A stretch of 63,981 nt of DNA, filler included, from Choristocarpus tenellus KU-1152 (lineage: Eukaryota; Protista; Phaeophyceae), in assembly GCA_964200185.2 (NCBI GenBank). It is 15 parts of 15 records of this genome, joined end to end, with 100 filler letters (N's around TTAATTAATTAA, not from the genome) between each part and the next. Parts side by side here need not be neighbours in the genome. Positions count along the whole stretch, not along the records: positions 6,761 to 13,322 come from CAXNAD020007865.1; positions 13,423 to 16,350 come from CAXNAD020023590.1; positions 16,451 to 19,754 come from CAXNAD020020923.1; positions 19,855 to 24,168 come from CAXNAD020015149.1; 11 more parts are not named here. The stretch is one strand, 5' to 3'. The translations under genes were made by a program, and so were the position numbers. The notes below the pieces were generated by a model that saw only the letters and a list, made by a program, of their open reading frames with translations, made no database searches and was not told the origin of the DNA. Shown here one piece after another: positions 11,979-22,260 of the stretch; the stretch's first letter is position 1, and each line of letters starts with the position of its first letter.

Positions 11979-12250
11979 GAGTAAAAGTATCTTAGGGTTA
12001 GGGTAGATCCACGTCCGTTTGGGGGTCAAAATCCAATGTTGCGATTTTGATGTAATTTTGGCTATGGTGTTTGTTAGGAAGTGTCAATATCCATCTTCCG
12101 GGCGCATTTTTTCATAACGTATACATTTTACCCTAACCCTAACTCCTAGACATTTTGGAGTAGGAAAATGTCATAAAAGGAACCCATGGGAAGCCAAGCC
12201 CAAAATGGACAAACAGGGCAATACTCGTACCCTCTAAGATACTTTCACTC
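11979..12250 (+). mobile_element. MITE family 1, full length, with two telomeric-repeat insertions
   Basis: GAGTAAAAGTATCTTAG...CTAAGATACTTTCACTC, flanked by AGTT on both sides. Confidence 0.9.
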
Positions 12251-13150
12251 AGTTGTAAGTTTGACTTGAGAGCCGTATATTTCTCTATAGTTCCAAAAAT
12301 TTCGACACAACTCAGAAAATGTTCTAAACGTATTTGGAAAAAAATGACGATTTTTCACATATTTGTCAGCATCCCTAAAATGCATCTCTGGGTACCTCTC
12401 GTTTACTTTGATTTGATCATTATTTGTTTCTTGTTGATTTCTGACTTAGGGTTAGGGTTAATACTACATGGTATACGGGCTATTGTCTTGTGGCATGGAA
12501 ACAGTTCATCATCCATGGTGAATTCTGCTCAAACACACTAAGATAATAATTTTGTGTTTTTAAGATGTTACATGACACAATTGGTGATTTGTCTTATGTG
12601 AGGATTACTTAGTCACCCCAAGCAGTGTTTACACATCTGTGTACATGAATAGTGTGTACAAATAATACATTTTCAAACATGTTGAATGGCACAAATGTGC
12701 ACTTGCAAATGTATTTGTGTGAAGGAACACCCCAGTTGGAATTGAGAAAACATCTTGCAGATCTTCTCTTCGATTGCTCAAGTATACAAGTTGGAATTCA
12801 AAAATTATCACATTTAGAAGCATGCACAACTCTAACTGTCAGGGTCTGTAGCCCTAACTCTAACTTGACCCTAACCCTAAATGCGGTTAGAGTGCGATAC
12901 ACCTTCTCGCTTCGCTTAGGGTTAGGGTTAGATATGCTTGTTAGACATGCTTGTTAGATATGCTTGTTAGATTTTATTGCCTGATTGTGACAAGACAATG
13001 GGCATCTATTCATCATGCACACAAGGTGGGTAACCTTGTCAATCCCCACCAAATCGCACCACCTCAGCATGTTCTGCCCCTGCCATGCAATGGCCATTGC
13101 TTGGAATTCGACGGAGAAATCAGGACTGTACAGCCTGGGCGCTCATTTTG

Positions 13151-13322
13151 GGCTCAAAGTATCTGGGGGCGGGGGCCTTGGGGGGTGGGCGGCTGTCCAT
13201 TTTGGGCCTATTTTTTCAAGTCGCGATTTTTGTGTGATTTGGTTGCATACGTCGGATGGATAATGCAAGTGCACTTTTCCTGGTTATGGTCCAAATGGGC
13301 ACCCTTTTGTAGACCCCTCCCC
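13151..13322 (+). mobile_element. MITE family 2, truncated by the contig end
   Basis: GGCTCAAAGTATCTGGGG start; collinear with 52296-52472 and 56270-56446. Confidence 0.85.
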
Positions 13323-14045
13323 NNNNNNNNNNNNNNNNNNNNNNNNNNNNNNNNNNNNNNNNNNNNTTAATTAATTAANNNNNNNNNNNNNNNNNNNNNN
13401 NNNNNNNNNNNNNNNNNNNNNNCCCTAACCCTAACCCCCCCCCCTTTTCACTCATGTAGCTGTACTAAAGAGAAGCCCGTTGCAGACCAACGTGATTCTA
13501 ACTCCTATATATTTATTACTAAACATTAAAAAAAAACATAGCCGAATGAGGACAATTTTATGGGACAAGCTGCATTATGTTTCAAGCAACATGGCTGCAG
13601 AGAAACAACTGGAAAGGTTGAAGTGAACAGTAATATTCGGAGTGTTTGAGTCCAATCACAATTGAACAAAAAGCAAGTGATGTACTCGATATACCTAATC
13701 CTCACTCACAGCTGACAAAAATACAGCACACACTGGTTCCCATCCAATGCCCAGTCAGCAGCAAGGAGGAACCTCTGAAGGTAGATATTTTTGATGAGCT
13801 ACATCTGAGTTATTCTGCATTATTTTCATTAGGCATTCACCGCACTAGCTCTCAACTGGAAAAAAAAAGTAGGGGGGAACCTTAACCAGATGCAGCAACC
13901 TTGATGGGTATACAAGAACAGGTACTACTACTTTTCATAGGTATACCCTAAGATACTTCTACACACTGGGAGCAACAGGTAAGTCCTCACGAAAGTAAGT
14001 CATTAAACCATACATTCCAGGAATCATCTACTATATTAATACACA

Positions 14046-15809
14046 CTTCCTCTGTTTGGAATTAAATGTAACATAACTTTTGCAGCCCTGATCAAGAAGC
14101 GTAGTTTTTATTCACATGTTCATATTTTATGGGTGTATTGTGCAGACACTAAAAGGTTGCCCACCAAAACCTCAAGCAAAATGGGGCAGCCTAAACCTAT
14201 CTATGATTCTGCAGCCAAAGCTCTCCAAAACTCCATTCCAGCACAGTATTTTGCCACATCCACCAGGGCATTTGGGGGGACCTCGCTCGTCTTCTCAGCC
14301 TTTTCCTTGCTAAGATGGGGAGTTTTGAAGAGGTTGTCACCCTCGGATCCTGGCATTTCACCAAAGATTGTGTGAAGAGGCTCTGCCTGATGCACTCTAG
14401 CGTCTCCTGGTGGTACACACTAAACGCCTCCATTGTGACCTCCACCAGCTTCTCTGTGTTGGTCACCCATCCTTCAGTTGCTGGATGGAATGAAAGAGTC
14501 CCAAGTCGTTGATGTTGAGGTCACATGAGTTGGCTGGCTGGCTTTCTATGACAATGTCGTCCCCCGCCGCCTCCTTGATTGCCTCGATGATCCCTCCTTG
14601 GTGTGTGACTTTGCCCTGTCCTGCTGCATGAAGATGATGTGTCCTTCTGGCCTAGGCACACGGGCCTTGATTGCCAGGATGATATCCTCCATCATGAGCT
14701 TCTTATACCTCTCCACACCCACCGTGGCGGGCACAAGCACCTTGCTGCCCTTGGGGCATTGTTTGCTGGAGCACTGAGTGACCTTAGTGTCCATGATTGG
14801 CCAGATTCCAATTCTCCCACTGAACCACATCCCATTGGAGAGCTTTCTGGGGCGGGCCACAGCTGCAAGGAACATCACCTTCATGACGTAATTCTTATTC
14901 TTTGCCCGTGGGGGTATGGGGGGTTTCTCAGTGGAGTGAAGATACACACCTTGCCCATCTTTGAGGATGTAAAACCACTTCTCATCCACATGCACCCAAT
15001 CACTTAGATCGTCCACTACTACCCCACTTCCCCCCCTCTCCTGTGTGTGTGGCTGATGAAGAAACCCACCCTGTCGACTTCCTGCTACTGCGAGAGGACT
15101 GGTTTAATCCACCGCTTGAACTCCTTCACATTATCGCACTTGCACAGATCTCACAACTACGCAACGGAAACCCTAGCTCTGGCCGCCCATTTGTGGAAGG
15201 ATCTTCAGTGTACCGATGGTAAATCCCAAACATCAAAGGTACTTGTATATTGTCCACATTGCCCCTTGCCATGTCGTACAAGGTCCATGCATTCACCCCA
15301 TGTCATCTGTCTGTCATACTCCTTCAGATGACGGAACACAGGTGATTCGGGAAATTCTGAAGTCCTTCACAATGGATGCCACCATCCTCCAAGGAACCTG
15401 AGTCTTGTGCCCTCTCACCTCCAGGCATCGTGCCACGCTGTTCTTCATCAAGGTGGTGGACCCATAACCCTGGACAGACTTCTGGCCCTAAGAATTGGGA
15501 CCGACGGGCGATGACGGGATGAGCAAGCCGCTCAAACTACGGGGGCCTTTGTCCTAGGCATCCCAATGATCACCCGCTATGACATTGTGATGAGGTTTTT
15601 GAACCCTGTCAAGTGCGACTTGGTTGACTTTACACTGGTGGTCCTTCACGGTCTTGACAGGTCACCATCTACAACTTTCAACACCTCCCAATCTATTTGA
15701 GAACTAAATCTCATCCAGAGTTAATAGAGAGGGTTTATCACGTGGGTTGCTCCCAGGCGAGAACAGAGCTTGCGGAAGTTATGTTACATCTAATTCCAAA
15801 CAGAGGAAG
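14046..15809 (-). mobile_element. Near full-length decayed DD39D plant-type mariner (Soymar/Osmar-like), copy 2
   Basis: TIRs CTTCCTCTGTTTGGAATTA(A/G)ATGTAACATAACTT at both ends. Motifs WVHVDEKWFY, KVMFLAAVARPR, GRIGIWP, QQDRAKSH and QPANSCDLNINDLGLF. Frameshifts and stops are present. Confidence 0.93.
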
Positions 15810-16133
15810 TAATAAATAAAAAACAACAATAAGCAGCAACCACACCATCACCACGAAAACACTCCTGTCCAAAAATTGCTCAACAACCCCCAAAAAAATC
15901 ATAACACACCACAATCAGTAAGACCTTAGAACCCAATAAAAAAACCGAGAGCTTCTAACAACCTACCACATTCTGGAGTAATCAAAACAGCAAAGTAATC
16001 AGTGAAATATTTTGGGGGGGGAGGGGGGGAAGGGGGGGAGGACATACAAATAATACCTTACAAACAAAAAACAGTCACATCCTACCAACTGCAACCTTCA
16101 ACGACATGACTGCACTTGTAACATGAAACGCAC

Positions 16134-16322
16134 CTTGGTCTCCTGACCCTTTTTCGGGGCCAGTAGGAGGGTGGAAAAGTCCACCGGCAGGCCATATCGC
16201 ATTACACTCTCCACAAAAGCACGCACGACCTTGATGTGCATCCATGCAACAAACGCCTCCCCAAAGTGGGCACGGCACCACCGGACCATGCCTGTGTGCA
16301 GCTGCTGCGTTTCTAGTTGAAG
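16134..16322 (-). CDS. ATP6V1C: V-type ATPase subunit C, internal exon (63 codons)
   Basis: RWCRAHFGEAFVAWMHIKVVRAFVESVMRYGLP is the conserved VMA5/subunit C block, bounded by ccag| and |gtgcgt. Confidence 0.92.
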
Positions 16323-16450
16323 CTGGTGAGGAAGGGGGTGACGGGGGGGGNNNNNNNNNNNNNNNNNNNNNNNNNNNNNNNNNNNNNNNNNNNNTTAATT
16401 AATTAANNNNNNNNNNNNNNNNNNNNNNNNNNNNNNNNNNNNNNNNNNNN

Positions 16451-16726
16451 CTAAACCGAAACATTTTGGAGTCGGAAAATGGCATAAAAAACCCCCATGG
16501 GAAGCCAAGCCCCACAAAGGTATACATTTTACCTAATCCGAAACATTTTGGAGTCGGAAAATGTCATAAAAAACCCCATGGGAAGCCAAGCCTCACAAAT
16601 GTATACATTTTACCAAATCCGAAACATTTTGGAGTAGGTAAATGTCATAAAAAAAACCCATGGGAAGCCAAGCCCCACAAATGGACAAACAGGGAAAAAT
16701 TCGTACCCTCTAAGATAGTTTCACTC
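16451..16726 (+). mobile_element. MITE family 1, 3' part, with an internal 81-bp unit triplicated
   Basis: CCGAAACATTTTGGAGT recurs at 16457, 16538 and 16619; ends TACCCTCTAAGATAGTTTCACTC. Confidence 0.85.
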
Positions 16727-16744
16727 ATTCTATACCATATTCAC

Positions 16745-18784
16745 CTAGATCTGGTAGCTGAAGTCCGTCGCCACCGTCGCAATGAAAATGGTCACCTCAT
16801 CGCGTCCCATCGCCTTTCCCTGAGGATGGACGTCCTCAGCAAAACATTGCTGCGTCTCCGTTGGGACGAGGGTCTGCCCTAAGGCTTCCAGCAGGCAGGA
16901 AGGGCCTATCATGCGTTCTTGAGCGAGAGACGTGATTACCTGCAGCGTCATGTGCGTATATGTGACAGTCCAACAATGTGGCAGTGAAGTGGGTTAGCCA
17001 TATGATAAGGTTTTGTCATATATGTATGGGTTATTCCGGCGTTGGTTAAAGATGTTGTGGTGTACTGCAGCACTTTTTTTTTTTTCGTGCGGGGATGGAG
17101 GACATTATGACGTACCGACGATCACAGCAAAGTCTTGGGGACTCGGGATTTCCATCGGTGGTGTGAGTAACTGCATGCACTCTGTTGGCAACGTGTAAAC
17201 ATCTACAAGGAAACATCACCAGTACAATTGCACGCCCGAGACCTATCCATGGGAACGTAGGCAAACAAAAAGTTGGAAAGCAATGGAAAAAAAAGGCCAG
17301 CACATCCTTCTTACCTTCCACTTACCGTCCTTGTAGGCTTGGCCAAAGGACGTGTCCATCTTCTCTTTCACCTCGTCCTTTGACGCCGGGTTGGACACGA
17401 ACACCTCCACCCTCCTGCTCCGTTCAGGGGCCGCCTCCACCACATTGTGCCTCTCTACGCTGTAGGAGACGACGGTGTCCCCAGCATTCGTGTACCTACC
17501 GTGGGAGGGCAGTTCGTAAATTAGCCCTAACGTGGTATATTGTATTGCGCACGGATTAATCATTTCGCAGTGTATGAGTCACGTTCCGATACAGGGCAAC
17601 AGGCTCTTGGTGCGTTTTGACGCTTAACGTACCGATTCGGGAAACAAACTAGTGGGATGGATTAACGCCCCTGAACCGTCACCCAGCTCGTTCTGTTACT
17701 GTTTAACAATGTCCTACACCTTCTACAAAAAAAAAATCAATGCTTCTGTGAAGAAGGATGCGTGTGACGTTATTAACGAACCTGTTAACGAGGAAGTAGA
17801 GGGCCCTCATGGGGATGTCCGAGGCAGCACCTTTGTATTCGACGTCCGTCATGGTTTGGAGTACCGGAGGAGATGCATCACATCCGTGGCCAAAGATGTC
17901 GTCGACGGTGACTCGCTTATTGCATGTGAATATTGTCCCATCGTAGTGCGTGAGAAGAATAATGTCCTGACAACCTTTGAGATGGTTATCTGTGCCTAAT
18001 TGAGGGCGCCCCCCCCTTCTCGTCTTGTATATTAGGGTTGGGGGATAATCCTCCACAATCAAGCCCACCTTCGACGCAGTTAGAGCCTCTGAATGAAGAG
18101 AAGGCGGGAGGGAGCGCGTGGGTCCGGCATGCGTCAAACTTGACAGTGATATCACACAAGTAGTTATCGTAGGGATTCATGAAATCTCATACCACTAACA
18201 TTATAATAGTACAATGAGTGTGGAACGCAAGGCAAATAACCAATGCAAAAATTGCAAACAATAGGAGATGAAGTAATAATAGGAGTAAAAATATGGCAAA
18301 TAAATGTGGTGAAGACGAGTAACGCCAGCATGCGATTCGTGGACAATGAAACAAAGAAGTGCGTAGTTGCAAGTGAAAAAAAAAGCAAGCAACACAAAAG
18401 GAAGTAGAAGGTACGAAGGACAACATGGGGAAAGTGAAAAACATAGGAATACACACGACCTAATCTGCATCTCCTGAACGGTCGCACAATATTCGATTGG
18501 CACACGGACGAAATGATAACGGCCATGGTGGATTGCAATAGTCTCCCGCAATACACCCCGTATTTCAGCGCTGGCGAACTCTGCAACTCACCGTGTAGGC
18601 GGTGTACTTGCGCGGTCCATGGGGGGGGAACAGTGAGCGCGATGGTGCCCTGAGGATGCATCTTAGGCCGCAAGCACTGAAGCATCTCGCGCAGGTGTGT
18701 GTTGGTCGCCTCTTCGTCGATGAGGAGTCTTGGCTCGTCGGCAATGGACACTATGGCGAGCTTTGGCGCGTTCGGAAGGCGAAA
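16745..18784 (-). CDS. Multi-exon gene (or young pseudogene) for a degenerate beta-class N6/N4 DNA methyltransferase-like protein
   Basis: Exons ~18784-18460, ~18160 (or 17995)-17782, 17495-17315 and 16939-16745 join through phase-compatible GT-AG introns. The spliced peptide IPMRALYFLVNR|YTNAGDTVV...RR...KEKM fits the C-terminal pattern of N6_N4_Mtase. The 5' boundaries are uncertain. Confidence 0.55.
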
Positions 18785-19223
18785 TCACCAAGTTTGTCTA
18801 AGGGTACCGTGAGGTCGAGAGGGCGAAGGTCGTGTAGTGCAGTGTTCTCACTCCTACTTAGACATCATGACACACGACACAGCAGACAGACAGCACGACA
18901 AGAAGGACGGCATAGTAAGCTACGGTGCAGGAAATATTTTCATTAAGTGAGTGTCTGACAATATTTCCACGGCATCTCCAAAATGTCAGGCCGTACCCTC
19001 CACAACACCAGACTCATCAGATACATCTCGTGGAAGGAGGGTAGACGTCAAACACTAAGTTCGATGGCGCATGAAACCCTCCAAAAAAGCGACACATCCA
19101 AGGCATAAAGGATGAGCAATCCACATGATGTACAAGCAGCCAAGACCTACGTGCAAACCAACGCGAAAACAAACACACAGAGACGACTTGTGTGTCTGTA
19201 TAATGTGCAACAACGCCGAGACC

Positions 19224-19579
19224 CACATGCACTTCTCCATGTCGGCCGTTTCGCTGCGTGAGGGGGGAGGTAAAAGGCTTTGCGTCGTGGGTGACCCGCC
19301 CACGCTCCTTGCGCAAGCCTTACCCTTACCCTTGCCCCTGCCCCGACCCGCCGCTTCGTTCCCCGCCGATCCAGACCCTTCACTGCCCTCCTGTGCCATG
19401 GGGCAATTGATACATAATCGATCCTTGTGCCTTTCGTCGCCTACAATCTCCGCGTAGGCACATTCGCCCATATGCGTGATTGAGCACCTTGGGCATGAAT
19501 ACCTGTCGCGCGTGTCATCGAACGAGAGCATTAAACAGACAGGATAGTATTTTTCCAAATCATTAATTGGGCTCAACAA
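19224..19579 (-). CDS. Probable exon with a PHD-like Cys/His finger
   Basis: (Y)PVC...CPRC-x3-H-x3-C...CINC followed by a Gly/Lys-rich linker. The first Cys position reads Tyr and the exon limits are approximate. Confidence 0.45.
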
Positions 19580-19973
19580 TTAATCGCGGGAATCCACGGT
19601 TACGAAGGATCACGAAATTGGTGGCGCAAAACAGCACGAAGTAGTACAGGTGAGATACAACAGTCGGTGATTTACATGCATTAACACACAATCGGACAGT
19701 GGCAAATAAAGAGACGTGGGGGTAGCGACCGCAGCGCTGCACACAGAGGGACCCNNNNNNNNNNNNNNNNNNNNNNNNNNNNNNNNNNNNNNNNNNNNTT
19801 AATTAATTAANNNNNNNNNNNNNNNNNNNNNNNNNNNNNNNNNNNNNNNNNNNNCACCCCCCCCCCAAATACTTTGACCCTGCTGGCAGATATCTTATAC
19901 ACAATAATTTGCTCACTACTAAACCTCGTCGATCAGCACAACATCCCAGGACCAATCGGTCTGCTACGTAGCG

Positions 19974-20340
19974 TGTTGAAATATTCCACACTGGACCCGT
20001 GGCTTTGGTGCTTTGATGAAAGACAGTGAATAGCTTCGTGTAGATATGCAAAGTTAATATTGCAACAGGGCTTGTGGTCTCGATTCCGCCGACTACGTGG
20101 GTAAGACTATAGCCTAGACTACAATTATTATTTCTATAATGTGAGGTTTGAAATCGTCCACACTATTTTACTATGAATCACTTATTTGCTTGTCTTAAGT
20201 ATAGAAAGTGTATCTTGAAAATGATATAAAAATCAATCAACACTATGAGTCAGTACATATAATATATGTCACTGACTCTCCATCCTATTATCTAATCCAC
20301 CGGTGGTGTCTATGTGTATCAGCAGCACTATCTGCGAACA
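19974..20340. mobile_element. LTR copy, same family as 7328-7696
   Basis: TGTTG...GAACA termini and collinear with the first copy; flanks do not form a TSD. Confidence 0.8.
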
Positions 20341-21529
20341 TCAAAGAGTGGGTGCGCGAACACACGGGAAGAAAGGGTGGGGGGGACGTTTCCTCCTCCT
20401 AAACCCTGTACTTTAATCAAGCAATACTGTATCTGTTGCCCCTCTTGGTGACATACAATCAAGGGTTCGAACCCCAATATGAGCGGTCTTTCTTCAAAAC
20501 AAGAAAAAATGGTGAAAAAAAACACGAGCCCGTACTCTGGAGGGCATTGTGACGGGTATCACGAATATGCTCTTATTTTTTTCATAAAATGTCTACATCA
20601 AAGGGTATGACGGGATATCCCCAGAGGGCGAAGCTACTGGTACCACTATAGGTCGCCATCGGCTAATCAACTGAAAAGTGGATGTAATGTCCTGCTTTAA
20701 AGTCTAATTTTTGGGTTTTGGTGTCATTATATTGTGCATAAGGTTTGCGGCACGGTTAGGTATGTGTGCGTGACCTCTGTGTATGTATCGACACTATGTT
20801 TGGATGATACTTGATCGAAGAGGGTGCTATATAGAGATCAAACATCTGAGAAGAGAAGCAATAATCTACTGTAATATCGGTAATGACCTACGAGCTGTCG
20901 GGGTTATACTCGAGGATATGATTAGAAATTGTAAGAAAATTACATGTAATATTTATCCCCCAATGGCGAGTTCCTATTCGTTTGTTCATCTGTGCATAAT
21001 ATTCCCTTTCAAACAAGGAACCTAGGAAGTCACTAGTGGTACTTACAAATATCAAATTATCCATCTGACTCCATTGGCTCTAGGCATTTCGATGTTAGAA
21101 GGGCAAGCCTATTGTAGTGGATTCCTATTGTGGTGATCAATGCTATCCAGACTCTAAACTTTAAATCAAGACTTGAGGACTATGTCTAGATTCTGACAGT
21201 GCGGATACTAAAGGGAGTGGTAAACCTACTGAATATTGTATGTGAGGGTGAGACTCTAGAGAAGATTTATGTCAATTCCTAGACAACATTGGCATCTTGA
21301 TATCAGAAGGAACAATGTCGAGCAGACTGTGCATGGGGCGTTTACTTGAGCCAGTACCAATTGTCAACATTATTTACCATGCACAATCTTTGGCATCTCC
21401 CTGCTAGCCTTCCACCTGCAAGGGAGTTTGTGAATTTCAACACAGTCAGGGTATCTGTTGCGTACGCGAGAGTGTCATGTGTAACACAAGCTCCACAGCA
21501 GTCAGAGATTGGTGTAGGGCTTATGTACT

Positions 21530-22260
21530 CCCTCTCCTGGAATGATGAAACCAGGGATCCTGACTCTGCTGGCTATAGGTTAAAATTTGGGCACTGTTGG
21601 CATTGAGTGCGGGTGCTACTCCTACAATCAGAACTGCAACCGTTGTGGCTTTTGGGAGGATGGGAGGGAGTTTTGTAAGAGTTTTGGAAAGAGATCTGAA
21701 GTCCCTCGATCTCTCGATTGTTATTTAATGGGTGAAAGATTCGTCTGCATCAGTTATGGGTGTGGTTACTCAGATGTACTTCGAGGGCGTTCGTAAGCTG
21801 AAGGTTTGACTCCTCCTTTGGCATATATTATTTCGAATGATACCACAATTGGCAAAGTAGGTTTCACCACGAAAGAAGCAAGGCAGAAACAGAGGCAGTA
21901 CAATTTGTCGTAGTGCAATAGTTAGTCGGGGGTTGTTATGATTTTGTGTCTTCATAATGCATCATAGCACTGTGGCTTTGATATGGAGGTGAAGTGTCCT
22001 GAACGCAACTCCAAGGGTACAACACAAACCTGTAAGCAAGTGCAATGTTGAAACGATCAAAGTTGGGTGGGGGAAAAGAGAACACAAGGGGCTTATCCAG
22101 TCACTACCCAGACAAACTCCTTGAGCGGGGAGAGGCGTTCGTGAGGAAGAGTGCTGGGATATGATTTGGGCACCGCCTTATATGCCCAAGTATCTGCACA
22201 TAGAGTTTCGGCAGCATGAGAAGCAATATGTCAGCTTTCAGTATGCAAAGGGGAGAGAAA
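21530..22260 (+). pseudogene. Heavily decayed IS630-Tc1-mariner transposase, DD82E (Sailor)-like
   Basis: Ordered remnants WNDET, GERFVCI, MILCLHNAS*H (~DNASYH) and IWAPPYMPKYLHIE. The second D position and the E codon are 250 nt apart. Confidence 0.55.

Noticed and set aside
13423-13437. CCCTAA at a contig start as a true chromosome end
   Set aside because: Only about 2.5 units next to poly-C, like the other interstitial tracts, and apparently within a gene region
16466-16882. 138-aa ORF with repeated peptide
   Set aside because: Translation of the triplicated MITE segment
18617-18634. TVPPPW as an MT-A70 DPPW catalytic motif
   Set aside because: It lacks the Asp and lies after the RxLKPxG-like block, the wrong position for motif IV in the beta arrangement
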